Shown: positions 23,820 through 35,703 of the stretch, piece after piece | Layout of the letters: each line of letters starts with the position of its first letter | Numbering within the stretch: position 1 is the stretch's first letter | Origin: Hyaloraphidium curvatum SAG 235-1 | Lineage: Eukaryota; Fungi; Monoblepharomycota | NCBI GenBank assembly: GCA_025558095.1 | Contig: JAIVFI010000043.1 | Coordinates: forward strand, 1 to 64,000 | DNA: 64,000 bases | Direction of reading: 5' to 3' | The notes under the pieces: generated by a model | What the model was told of the DNA's origin: nothing | Seen by the model: only the letters and a program-made list of their open reading frames with translations | Databases searched by the model: none | Translations under genes and position numbers: made by a program

Positions 23820-25619
23820 TCAACGACACGGCTGCACATCACGAACCTCGTACGAAGCCGCCCCACCGTAGATAACCCCATGCTCGTCCGGCGATCCGCT
23901 CTCCCCGTCCTCCTCTCCACCGCCCGCAAAAGCCCGCTGCTCGAGCGCCAACCACCCCCCCATCCCGCCCCTCCACGCCCTCACCTCGGCCGCCACCCCC
24001 GCCAGGGACCCCGCCAGCGACGCGCACTTGCGCCTGTTGCTCCTGCCGAGCATCCCCGCCGCCCTCGCCGCGTACGCCAGCCCCGCCTCGGGGCCGAAGC
24101 CCAGCCTGTCCTCGAGCGCCCCCGTGCGTACGGCCAGGCGCACGCGGGCGAGCCGGTACCGCGCCGCAAAGAGCACCATCGAGGTGATGTACGCCGTCTC
24201 GGGCAGCGCAGCGAGGGCAGGGTCGGGGGTGTGCAGGTCCGACAGCGCGTTGGCGGCCGCGAGGCACACCCGGTCGCTTTCGGAGCCCGGTTCCGGGCCC
24301 AGGCTGCCGAGCGCCTCCTCCACGAGGCCGGGGAGCGGCTGGGGCAGCGCGCGAGGCGGGCCGCGGAAGGGCGCCGAGGCGATGGCCTGCGAGGCGGAGG
24401 AGGGGGAGTGCAGGCCGAGCAGGATGGCGGCGGCGAGCCACTTGGTTTGGATCTGCTGCCGCGGGGATCGGGGGAGGGATGCGACGACCGAGTGGAGGAG
24501 GACGGCGTGGAGGACGACGCTCGGCCCGACGGGGAGCGCGGGGTCCGGGTCCGGGTGGCCCGCGGCGCGGCACAGGAGGTTGTAGAGGACGACGGTCCGC
24601 CCGGTGGGGTGCATCTGCAACCAGTAAAGCCGCACGAGCGCGGCGTCGTTCAAAGCGAGCGCCTCAAAGACGTCCCAGTAGCGGGGACCGTCTCTGCCCA
24701 GCGCGGCCATGACGGTGTCCGGATCCGAGCGCAGGGCGCGGGGGACGGCGAGCACCGGCGGGCGGTCGCAGTCCATGGCGTCCGCGCGGTCCAGGCACAG
24801 CACGGTGTCCCACACCGCGCGCCAGCCGGGGGTGAACCACTCAGGGGCGCCTCCGTCGACGGGAAGGGCGGCCATGAGGTTCATGGCGGCGGGCATCAGC
24901 ATGTCCAGGTCGGCCAGGACGGCGGCCTCGATGTCCCGCAGCAGCGCCTGCAGCTCGTGCCCGCCGACCCCGACCCCTGCGGCCCAACGCTCCGTGGCCC
25001 GCAGAATCGACCATGCGACTGACCCACAATAAGCCAGACATGCGGCCTGCACGGTCCGCATCAACGAAACGGCATCCGTCGCTGGCGACGAGAGCCCGGC
25101 GGCCAGACCGGCGACCAGCGGCTGCCAGAACCACGCGGGCCACGTGAGCGCGGGCGGCGGCGCGGGCACATAGTCGGGCACACCCCCCGAAACGCACCAC
25201 AGCATGGCGCACTGCACCAACGGCGGCAGGGTCCCGAAGCCCTCGGGGGAGAAGATGGCCGGGCCGTCGCTGAGCACGCAGAAGACGGGCTGCACGTGGC
25301 GCGCGAAGGCGGCGAGCAGCGGGGCGAGCAGCGGCGCGGGCAGCGCGGCCACGGCGGCGGCGGCGGCGGCGGCGGGGGCGGCAGGGGCGGCGGGGGCGGC
25401 GGCATCCACGGCGGCCCCCGCCGCAGAACGGCGCCGCTGCGGGGCCCGCGGGGTCCCCTTGGCCGGCCCGGGGGCCCGCCGCGGCGTGGACACGCATGCG
25501 ATGCGCCGGCGCACGCAGAGCTCGCAGGCTCCGCCGGGCGCCCCGCCGACGCACCGGCGGCGGGCCTGGGTGCAGGCGTCGCAGGTCTGGCGCGGCTGGG
25601 CGCCAACGGCGTCGGGCAT
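23820..25619 (-). CDS. Zn(II)2Cys6 fungal transcription factor
   Basis: CDACTQARRRCVGGAPGGACELCVRRRIAC followed by a helical middle region; ATG at 25619. Confidence 0.85.
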   Translation of the reverse strand: MPDAVGAQPRQTCDACTQARRRCVGGAPGGACELCVRRRIACVSTPRRAPGPAKGTPRAPQRRRSAAGAAVDAAAPAAPAAPAAAAAAAVAALPAPLLAPLLAAFARHVQPVFCVLSDGPAIFSPEGFGTLPPLVQCAMLWCVSGGVPDYVPAPPPALTWPAWFWQPLVAGLAAGLSSPATDAVSLMRTVQAACLAYCGSVAWSILRATERWAAGVGVGGHELQALLRDIEAAVLADLDMLMPAAMNLMAALPVDGGAPEWFTPGWRAVWDTVLCLDRADAMDCDRPPVLAVPRALRSDPDTVMAALGRDGPRYWDVFEALALNDAALVRLYWLQMHPTGRTVVLYNLLCRAAGHPDPDPALPVGPSVVLHAVLLHSVVASLPRSPRQQIQTKWLAAAILLGLHSPSSASQAIASAPFRGPPRALPQPLPGLVEEALGSLGPEPGSESDRVCLAAANALSDLHTPDPALAALPETAYITSMVLFAARYRLARVRLAVRTGALEDRLGFGPEAGLAYAARAAGMLGRSNRRKCASLAGSLAGVAAEVRAWRGGMGGWLALEQRAFAGGGEEDGESGSPDEHGVIYGGAASYEVRDVQPCR

Positions 25620-26212
25620 GGCGGGGCGATTGGGGCGAACGGCCGTGGGGTGCGGCCGCCAGGGTGCCTGGGCCTGGCTTGCACTTCTACGGAAACCAAT
25701 TTGGCCAAAACTCGACACTGGCACACTCCGACACTCGCACACTCGTACACGAAGCTCTTTAACCACACTCTGAGCCGCAGTAGGCTTCATAGGCCATATG
25801 AGGCGGAACCGTGTTTGAAGGCCTGTAAAGCCTTGACTTCCGATTGCCGTGACTGGATGCGAGGCGGTGCACGGCCACCGTTACAAGGGGCCGAAATCTG
25901 TCCGGCAGCAATATCATTTTCGTCTGGTAAACTTGACTCGGAAGGACCAAGCTCGGGGAATGGAACTGCGCGAATGGCGGCGTGGAGGCGTGGGCCGTTC
26001 GAGCCCACGGGCAAGCAAAGCCCCACCCATGTGCTCCAATCCGCAAGAATTCGTGGTCACCATGCCCCTAATTCCGTTTTCTCATCTTGCGTGCGCCAAA
26101 TGCTCGCGTAGTAGCTCGACTGGGGGACATTCGCAAGGAATGTCCTTTGGGCTGAGCCGGTGCTCGTGGCCCATCGAATCCGCACCGCATCCCAACCCGA
26201 ATCGCCATTGCA

Positions 26213-27310
26213 ATGGTCTTCGAGATCAGCGGTAAGCGCGCCTTGGTCACCGGCGGCACCGAGGTACCGCGCGTGTTGCCTGTGCCGCGTTCGCCGCTCA
26301 CTGCCTTGCCCACGAGCAGGGCATCGGCCGCGCCCTCACCGAGGGCCTGCTCGGCCTGGGTGCACGCGTCGTGATCGCGAACCGCAATGCCGACAAGGGG
26401 CGCGAGGTGGTCGCGGACCTCCGCGCGCGCTTCGGGGACCGCGCCGCGGGGTTCGTGAGGGCGGACGTGTGCAACCGGGGCGAGGTCCGGGACGCGTTCG
26501 CCAAAGCGCTCGAGCTGCTCGGCGGCGTGGACATCGTGGTCGCCAACTCAGGCTTCTCGACCGACGCGATGCCATACAACCGCGCCGAGGGGACGCGGTT
26601 GACCCCTGGGGACCTCGATTCCGAAGAGGACAGTCGGTGGCTGCACGACATTGACGGGAACCTCGTCGGGTTCGGGCAGCTGGTCCGGTGTGCCACGGCT
26701 TATTGGTGGAAAAACGGCATGCCCGGCGCGTTCGTGGCCAATGCGTCGGCGGCGGCCGTCCTCGGACTTGATGCCGCCCTCGTCGGGGGCCACCCCAGCT
26801 TCTCATGTGAGGGCGGTTCCCGATCAGGGCTGCCGCTTAATGCTGATCGTCTTCTCGGCATCCCTGCGCGCCATGTCCCGTCCCCCGCAGATGGACCGAC
26901 CAAGGCCGCCCAGGTCTCCATGATGTGCAACATGCAGGCCTTTGTCGACACCGCTGCCGGCGGCCGCTCCGCCATCCGCTTCGCCTCCGTCCTGCCGGGC
27001 ATGACCTTCACCCACATCTTTGCCGCCGCCGGCGTGGGCCCGTCGTTCGCCGGCTGCACTTCGCCTGCTGATCGCATCCCCGCAGTGCCACACGCCCGAG
27101 GAGGTGGAGCGGCACCCCATCTTCGGCCGCGTCGTCGCAAAGTCGGGCGGATGGGTGCCGATGGAGAAGCTCGTGGACGCGTTCGTGCGCTGCATCGAGG
27201 ACGAGGAGGTCCGCGGGCAGGCGTTCGAGGTCATCGGCTCGGGAGGGAACATGGTGCCGTACATCAGGGACTTCGGGGCGGAGGAGTACATCACCACTGC
27301 AGGCCCCTAG
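26213..27310 (+). CDS. Short-chain dehydrogenase/reductase; 3 introns
   Basis: ALVTGGTE|GIG; DIVVANSG; YxxxK (S|YGPTK) formed across an intron. Confidence 0.9.
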
Positions 27311-27490
27311 TGAGCGTGGGGTTGATTCGTGTAAGGCCGTCGCAGCCCGAGAGCATCTTCTCATGGCGATGAGGTGAAGTAGAGCGTGGTGGCCGCGGGA
27401 TCTCGCAGCCAATCTCCTGCCACGCCCGGCGACGTTCCTGCCAAGAAATTTAGCAAGCGGTCTTCGACTTAAGCACCCTCGGGGTGCCGA

Positions 27491-28738
27491 TCACGAGCTC
27501 CTCGCCGGGTTCGGATTGATGTGGTAGCACGACCGCTTGTGGTCCTTCCAATCGGCCCGCTGGCAGTCCACGGAGCAGTATCTGGCAAGCTTGCACTTGG
27601 AGCACGCCATCACGGGCGCCTGCGCGAGGCACGCGTCGCACCGGTCGGGAAGGGGCACGCTGCCAGTGCGCACCGCCTCCATCCGCTCATCAGCTTCCTG
27701 CTGGCTCGGCAGAAGGCCTTCGCCAAGCGCAGGGCCGTCGCAGCCCGAGAGCATCTTGAGGATGGCGAGGTGCACCAGAGCCTGGTGGACGGCGGGGTCG
27801 ACGTCACCGCTAGCAGCTTCGTGCCTCTCGGCAGTCGCAAACAGCACGCTTCCGGCCTGGATGAGGGTCGCAGCGCGGCGCATGGCATCGGGATGGGCCC
27901 GCACGTGCTTGCGATACGGCTCGGGCTCCGCGGCGATCACGCACACCAGCAACCCCAAGATCGGAACGAGCTCTCGAACAGCACTTCGGCGCCTCGCTTC
28001 ATCCCATTCGTCTGCCGCCGTTTGGAAAGCTTCCTGGACGTGCTCGCGGAAGGGCGCGCAGCCCACGATCATATCGAGAAGATCAGGCCGGTTGGAAATG
28101 CGAGATCTGGCCGGACAGTAAGGAGCACATGCTTTGAAAATCTTCAGCAAGCTCATGATGGGGCTCCGCACGCGCCCGTAGATCGCGAAAGCGTCGGATG
28201 ACGATGCAACGATGACGGGGACGGGCAGCTCGCTCGCCGCGTTCGGGACCGGGCGGAGCTCCACCTGCAGATCCACTTCCAGTGCTTCCGAGAATGCCCT
28301 TGGATCGGCGATGTGCGCAAGACAGGTCCGGAGACTCATGGCGATCCGCGACACGAGCCTGGTCGCGACCGAACAGACCTTGTCGTCCGTTCGGGCCGGC
28401 ATCGGAGGAAAAGGCGGGCCGATGGAGTGCTCCCCAGCTCTGACCGGTGCCGAGAATCCCTCGGCCATGATTGGGAACGCAATGCCCACCGTGAGGATGT
28501 CGAGCTCCGCTTCGGCAATGGCCTGTCCGCCGTTCTCGGATGCCATGTTCCCGCTCGCCGGCACCTTCCACGAGCAAACTTTGTCCGCCGCCTTGATGGC
28601 GTGAGCGGAGAGCTTGGCCGAAAGGGTGAGCAGGTCCGAAACGGTCCACGATTCCTGGGCCAGGAGGCGCTGCACGTCCGGCAGCGTCTGCGACAGGACG
28701 AAGGCGACGATTTCGGGAGAGTCGTTCGGCCTGCTCAT
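27491..28738 (-). CDS. Protein with a C-terminal MYND zinc finger
   Basis: CDAC...CSKCKLARYCSVDCQRADWKDHKRSC. Confidence 0.88.
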   Translation of the reverse strand: MSRPNDSPEIVAFVLSQTLPDVQRLLAQESWTVSDLLTLSAKLSAHAIKAADKVCSWKVPASGNMASENGGQAIAEAELDILTVGIAFPIMAEGFSAPVRAGEHSIGPPFPPMPARTDDKVCSVATRLVSRIAMSLRTCLAHIADPRAFSEALEVDLQVELRPVPNAASELPVPVIVASSSDAFAIYGRVRSPIMSLLKIFKACAPYCPARSRISNRPDLLDMIVGCAPFREHVQEAFQTAADEWDEARRRSAVRELVPILGLLVCVIAAEPEPYRKHVRAHPDAMRRAATLIQAGSVLFATAERHEAASGDVDPAVHQALVHLAILKMLSGCDGPALGEGLLPSQQEADERMEAVRTGSVPLPDRCDACLAQAPVMACSKCKLARYCSVDCQRADWKDHKRSCYHINPNPARSS

Positions 28739-29019
28739 ATTGCTTTCAACGCACGCCGGTAGGGCGGCTTTGATAGGCGTTGCTCTGCGGTGACGTGGAG
28801 ATGCGAGGCGCTGGCGAACTGAAGCGCGTAGCGGTCTTCGATTTGTATACGCACTGGAGCCCAACACGACGCCAACGCTGAACTCCCGCACAACGGACCC
28901 ATTCGCGATCCTCCTACTCCCCGTAGTTGATTCCAAAATAGCATTACCCCGTTACTCCAATCTCGCTACTCTGACATTTGCCTCAAAAGTCTCCACCCCG
29001 TATCCGGCGGCCAAACGCC

Positions 29020-31908
29020 TCACGCCCCGTGGTCCCTGTTCTCCTCCTCCGTCCAGCTCTCCAAGAACTCGGGGTGCGGCGACGGCAGGTCCCCCGCCGG
29101 CTCATCCCCCTCGAACTCCCCCGGGCTCGCCGGCTGCGGGCTCGCGGAGCCCCTGGCCCTCTTGCCCCGGCGCGGCGCCGCGCCGGCCGCCTTGCGCTTG
29201 CCCCCGCGCGCCTCGTCGGCGAGCAGGAAGCCTTCCTCCCCGCGGGTCACCCGCCCCGAGCGGATGAGCTGGTTGAACACCCGCGCGGCGAGGTCGCGGA
29301 ACGCCCCCGGGTCGGCCGGGATCGGCGCCCCCGCCGGCGCATGGGAACGCATCCACGCCGCGAGCGCGCCCGCCGACGCGCCCTCGGGCCCGGCCAGGGA
29401 CGCCAGCGCGCGCACCGCGAGATCGGTCACCGCGGCCTCGGCCGTCTGCTCCCCGCCGGTGTCGCGCTCGGGGAACGCCCACCACTCTGCCACGTACTCG
29501 GTCTCGAGCTTGACCGCCTCGTGCTCCTCCTCGTGCTGCACGGCCAGCAGCGGCCGGACCATGTCCAGCACCGCGTCGCCGGCGCGCACCGAGCCCGCGT
29601 CGCCGCGGGCGCGCATCCGCGAGACCACGTCGTCGAGCTCCGAGTAGCGCACCGAGCACTGGATGAGCAGCTTGGCCAGCACAGCCTGCGGGAGGCCGGC
29701 GATGAAGTCCCTCTTCTGCTCGACCGCCGCGTCAGCTCCGTCTTCCCGTTCAGAGCGAGCGCGAGGACAAACCTTGCCGAAATCCGCCCCGCACTCCCCG
29801 CACATCCTCCCTTCCAGCTTCTCCACCGGCCCCTTTGTCCCGTCCACGATCCTCCCCTCGGCGATCTTGAGGTACCGCCTCGGCGCCGCCCTCACCGCCG
29901 CGCCCTGGGCCACCACGACCTCCTCCGCGGGCCCGTCGGCGCCAAAGAGCGCGTCCATGGCTTCCGAAGCGGGATGGCGGTGCTTCCTCCAGAACCTCTG
30001 GATCTTTTTCGCCGCGCGGGTGTCGTTCCCCTCTGCATCCGCGGGCCGCCACTTTCCCCCCTCCTCCCTCTCCACCACCACCCCGCCGCGCGACCCGAGC
30101 TCGACCGTGGCCCGCGTGCGCACGTCCGTCCCGCACACGCAGCACCACCCGTCGTGGAACACCTTGGCCGGCGCGTCCGTGACGAGCGTCGTGCCGCCGT
30201 TGACGGGGAACGGCGGCGGCGCGGCGCGCACGGGCTGCGGGAGGGGGGACGGCTGGTGCATGTGGCATTTCCAGGGGGCCGACTCGGAGGCAGTGACCTC
30301 GTCGGGGATCTTCAAATGCGGGGGATCAGCAACCGATCGATCGCGCGGCCACACCGCGGCGGATCACCTTGGGGTTGTGGCAGTTCTGGTGGTACGGCCT
30401 GGAGCACTCGTCGCACAGCACGATCCGGTCCCCCAGCGGGGAATGCCCGCGGCCGCAGTTGGCGCAGAACAGCGTCCCCGGCCCCTGGAACACCTCGGCA
30501 GGTGGCTCCTCCTCCTTCTTGGGCTTGTGCTTGCGCGGGGGCGGGTCCATGGGGAGCATCTCGAACACGGGCTCGCGCTTGGGCGGCGCCGCGGGGGTGG
30601 GGACTGGCGCGGCGGCGGCGGGCGCCGGGGCGGGCTCCGGGGATGCGCCGCCCCGCGATTTGCGCGACCGGCGGCGGCCGCCGTAGCCGCCTTCCTGGTC
30701 CGCCGTCCTGGGCGGCCGCGAGATGCGCCCGCTCTTGGTCTCGCGCGGCGCCGTGACCGTCACCTCCTTCTCCGACTCGGACGTCAGCCCGTCGGATTCG
30801 CTCCCGCTCTCGTCCTCCTTCCTCCCCGCGCGCCTCGGCTTGTCCTTGCCCTGTACCCCTTGCGCAGCCGCGGGGGCACCGGGCGGGCGGAACCCCTGGG
30901 CGAACGCGGCGGCGGGGTACCCCGCCGCCGAGGCGTAGTACGGCCTCGTGGCCCCCCCTCCGACGGCGACGCCGGGGTACGCGAACGTCGCGGCGGCGCC
31001 GGGCGCGCCGTACCCGCCCCATGGGGCCGCGGGCTTGGCGGAGTCGGGCTTGGCACCGATCTGCGCCGCGGCGCGCTGGATGCTGGCGTTGGCGATGCCG
31101 AGGGTGGAGCCGAAGGCGTAGCCGCCCGCCGCGGCGGCGGCGGTGCTGCTGTAGGGGGAGTCGAAGGCGGGGGCGGTGCCGGCGCCGGGGAGGGTGCCGG
31201 TACCGGCGGTGGGGGTGCGCACGGCGGCGCTGCTCGGCGGGAGGGAGGTGGCGAGAGCGGGCGGGCGGGTTCCTGAAACCGCAAGGCTGTCAGGGACCGC
31301 GAACAGCGAGACGCGCGAGACAACGCACCCTGCTGGGCCGCGGCGAATGCGGCGGTGGTCCCGAGCTGCGCGGCCGTGCCGGGCAGCAGCTGCTGGTACG
31401 GCAGCTCGGCCGCAGCCTGCGCCGACCACGCCTGCTTGGCCGGCGCCTCGTCGGGTTCGAACTCGCCGTCCTCATCTCCCTGCGAGCGCAAAATGAGAAA
31501 CGCATCCAACACCCCGCCCCGTACGGTCAACCCACCCAATCCTGGCTTTTCTTGGGCACCCCCTGCCCCCCCTGCCCCCCCGCCTGCGCCTGCTTCCCGT
31601 AGTACTCCCCCTGGGCCCCCTGCGCGTACCCGTACTGCCCCTGCGCCTGCCCCCCCTGGCTCTGCTGCACCTGCGTGGCCTGCGACGCGGGGTACTCGTA
31701 GCCCCTGTAGGCCCCCTGCTGCGACTGCTGCTGCTGCTGTCCGGCCTGCTGCTGCCCCGCAGCGCCGCCCGAGGCGGGCGCGCTGCCGGACTGCCCGTTG
31801 TACCCGTACCCGCCGTACTGGTTCCAGTACTGCCCCTGCCCCTGGAACCCCTGCTGCTGGAACCCGGCCTGCTGCGCCGCGAAACCTTGCTGGGAGTTCT
31901 GGAACATG
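29020..31908 (-). CDS. Nuclear PHD-finger protein with a Gln/Gly/Tyr-rich low-complexity N-terminus and an IQ-like motif (multi-intron; start uncertain)
   Basis: CANC...IVLCDECSRPYHQNCHNPK|IPDE...WKC; AAKKIQRFWRKH; TKSGRISRPP. Confidence 0.8.
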
Positions 31909-32213
31909 CTCAGCGGGTACGTGGAGGAGGGGTACTCCTTAGGTTGGCTTGCCGGTTCAGGCCTCCGTTGTCTGCCGCCGGCGAAAAACGGTCCCCTTTG
32001 AGCACCTCTTCGATCGGATTCTCTTTCGCCAAATTGCATCCGCACTTTGGCTGCCCCGGTGACCCGCACCGTCGCCGTTGCTTCCTGGCGATCTCCTCCG
32101 AAGGGGCCCCCGCCCTCCAGGGTCCCTTGCCGCACGCCCTGAAAACCTCCCGGCCCCGTCTCCCCACTCTCCCTCCGCAGCATCCCGCCTCCCGCCCCCA
32201 TCTCGGCGCAGCA

Positions 32214-34223
32214 ATGTCGTCCAAGGTTCGCGCCGCGTCCTCCGGACTGTGTGGGGAGGGCAGGGCGGCGGCGGTGTGGCCCGTCGCCCCCGGGAGGCAG
32301 CCCGCCCGCCGCGGCCGCGGCCCGCATCGCGCACCGGGGCGCCGAAGACGGGCGGGTCGTGCTATTCGCCGCCCGATGCGCCCGATCCCGGGGCATTCCG
32401 GCCGCCGGGACCCGCCGCCCCCCGCCCGCCCCTTCGGCCCCCCGCTGACGCCCGCCCCCGACAGCGCAAGGCCGCGGCGACCGCCGAGTCGGAAAAAACC
32501 AAGACCTCGCGCACCTCCTCGCGCAAGGTCGACAAAATGGAGGTCGACGGCGCCGAGGTGACCACGACCACCGAGGTCACCAAGATCGTCACGACCTCGG
32601 CCGAGGCGCTGGTCGGCGACGCGCAGGAGGAGATCAACAGCCTGCGGCTGCAGCTCCAGGCCAAGGACACGGAGATTGCGGACCTGAACAAGCAGATCGC
32701 GGACGGTGGGTGCCTTGCTGCGGGCGCTCCCCGCTCCGGCCAGCTAATGGCAACGCGCAGGCTTCGCCAAGGCGGCCAAGCACTCGGAGATCACCGCCGG
32801 GCTCAACGCCAAGATTGCCGAGCTCGAGCTCCGCGTCAAGGAGTCGTACGAGCGCTACGTGACCATCGAAAAGACCGTCACCATCCTCCGCGTCGAGAAG
32901 GCCGAGGCCGAGAAGAAGATCGCCGAGGTGTCCAAGGAGCTCAAGCACGCCTCGGCGGCCAGCACGGCCGAGCTGGACAAGCTCAAGGGGGAGAACCACC
33001 GCCTGAAGGACCAGGTGAAGGAGTACAAGGAGCTGGCGGCCAAGCTCGAGAAGGAGGGCGGCGAGGCGTGGGCCGCGCTCAAGCAGGTCGAGGACAACGC
33101 GGCCGCGGCGCTGCACCAGGTGCGTACCCTGCAGGCCGGTGGGGTATCCGGGGGAAGGGGCTGACGGGGTCCCCGTGCAGGCTGCGGCCGCCGAGAGGGC
33201 GATCGCCGAGAAGCTCAAGGAGGCCCAGGCCGACGACGAGTACATGTGGGTCTCAACCGCGCCTCTCCGCCGGCGGATAGGACGCTCACCGCTGCTCTCG
33301 CGGCAGGGACAACCTGGTCAAGGAAAAGGCCCGCGAGATCGCCGACCTCAAGAAGGCCGAGGCCGCCATGGCCAAGGCCCTCGCCGAGGCGCAGGCCGAC
33401 GACGCGGCGATGGAGAAGCTCATCTCGCAGAAGGACAAGGAGCTCAAGAAGATGGAGGCCGAGCGGCGCGCGCTGGCCAAGCAGCTCGCCGACGCCAAGG
33501 CGGACGACGCCTACATGGACGACCTGGTCAAGCAGAAGGACGCGGAGCTGCAGAAGCTCGCCAAGCAGAAGGAGGCGCTGGCCAAGAAGCTGGCCGACGC
33601 CGAGGCCGACGACGTGTACATGGACAAGCTGGTCAAGGACCAAAAGTCCAAGCTCGACGCGCTGCACGCCAAGGAGAAGGAGCTCGCGGACAAGCTCAAG
33701 GCCGCCCAGGCCGACGACAAGTACATGTGCGTCGCCCGGCTCGCCGCCTCATCCCATCCCGCCCCCGCTCACCTACCGTTGCCCGCCGTCCAGGGAGGAC
33801 CTCGTCAAGAACAAGGACGAGCAGATCGCCGAGCTCCAGAGCCAGATCAAGCAGCTCACCTCGGTCATCCGCACCACCCAGATCGAGATCAAGCAGCTCA
33901 TCGCCTCGCGCGAGGGCCTCATCGCGCGCCTCGAGGGGTCCGCGGCCTTCTACGAGAAGATCAGGAAGCTGGTCAGGATCACGGCGGACCTCGAGGAGGA
34001 GGCCAACAAGGAGTACAGCAGGGACCTGGACGTGGGTTGAACCCGGCCGCCCTTGCCCGGTGCGGATGGGCGCTGACCGGTCTCCTCCCCCGCGCGCCTG
34101 CAGTGCATGAAGGCGTTCGGCGGCGCCATCACCGTGACCATCGCCACCATCGTCGAAGAGACGACGACGACCACCGCGACATCGTCGGCGCCGTCGCCGA
34201 CCAAGGCCAAGGGCAGGAAGTAG
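32214..34223 (+). CDS. Long coiled-coil protein with five 35-aa repeats (multi-intron)
   Basis: MSSK|RKAAATAE; heptad-rich; repeats AxADDxxM(D/E)xLxxxK. Confidence 0.85.
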
Positions 34224-35703
34224 GCCGCGGTGCGGGCGCGCTGTGCGCGCTGCTCTGTACAATGCCGCTGCAAAAAGACTAGGTCGTTTGTGATTCCATC
34301 TTCGAAGGGTCCCGGGGCGTCCATCGCGCAGAGCATCGGAGGGACTGTGGCCGGGCCCTTCTTTCCGTGCCTGTGAGCACCGATCGTCCTCGTGCAGAAC
34401 CCATGGAAGGCCGACTACAAGTGAAGCCAGGCCACCTCGGGCTACATTGCATCTCATGCTATCGCTCGTCCAACGGAGGATTTTCTCTTATCGTGAGGGT
34501 CCCGCGCCCCGCTCCCCACGCCCCGCGTTGACCTGTAGCTCTTCAGACACCTCGCATACTCCCGAGTCCGGCGCGCTTTCGGGCCCGGCGGCTCCGGATC
34601 CGCCGCCCATCGTGCGTCCCCCGCCCGAGCTGCTTGCAGGCAGAGAGCCGACGGCGATCGTGTGCCGCCGGCGCCCTGCTCCGCCGTCTCGAACCTCTTG
34701 CGGGAGGTTGCCATCCCTGTCCTCGTCGAATCGGTCGTGCTCCGTTCGAACTGGCTCGCGGCCCCGGAACGGCGCTCGCCCGGTCGCACCTCGGCGTGGC
34801 GGGAAGAGCCCGGAAACACGGTCCCTGCGCGACTCTCCTGCGGCCTTTCGCCAGCGTCGCGAACCCGAGTGCGCCTCGCCCTGCGCGGCCGCACGGCCCC
34901 GGAATCCCCGGCCGACCCCCCCGCGCACCTCGCCAGTCTCCAAGTCCAATTCTTGTGGGATCGAAGAGGGCACAGGGGAATGCCTGGCAGGCACGGCTCA
35001 GGTTCTCGCTGGGCCTGCTCGGCATCCGTTCCGAATGCCGGGCCGCACAGTCATCGAGGCCGATCGCCCGCGCCTCCGCGCCCCGCAAGCCCGGAGCAGC
35101 GCGGACCGCGGCTCTGCGCGGCTCATGGCGCGCATCGGAGCAAAGCACCGCCGGCTGCTCGGGAACCCGGTCGCATGTGCGGGGCTTCCGGAGATCGCGC
35201 TCTCCGCGCCGTTCCGGCCCAAGGACGTCGTCCTCCGGGCCCGGCCGGGTCCGCTGGGCCCCGAACCACCCGTCTGGCGGGCGGCGGTGACGGCGGAGGG
35301 GCAGCTCCGTTGCCTCGGGCTGGTGGGTTTTCGACGGGCATCATCCGGCCCGGGGTTCCCCCGGACGACGGCGCTGGCGGTGTTTGTGACGGGCGTCGGC
35401 CTCCTGGGTTTCGGCAGAGCAGAGATCCCAGGCGTGCGGTGCTGCGGAGCCGCGTGCGTCGCATCAAGGTGGAGATGTGTGACTTGCTGTCGAACGGAAA
35501 GGGAGGCGCGCACGGTCATGCGAATATCAGGTCCAATTGGTGAAAGTGGCAAGAAGTACACCAGAGCGCGGCTGCCGGCGCCGCGTCGAAGAAGAGCACC
35601 GTCCGCGGCGCGGAAGGGTAAGTCCAAGCCGTCCCAGTCTCAGGAGGCCCGTCACAATGTCAAGTGCGCCCAGAGCAAACCCAACGCATCCGTCGATCCG
35701 GCG

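Noticed and set aside
25345-25405. (GCG)n-like run
   Set aside because: Encodes a poly-Ala/Pro linker of the Zn2Cys6 factor; unremarkable.
34300-35650. Gene-free stretches (also 36700-38150 and 44700-45200) examined for ncRNA or hidden genes
   Set aside because: No tRNA/rRNA/snRNA signature or convincing spliced frame by eye. A covariance-model search would be needed to exclude ncRNA.
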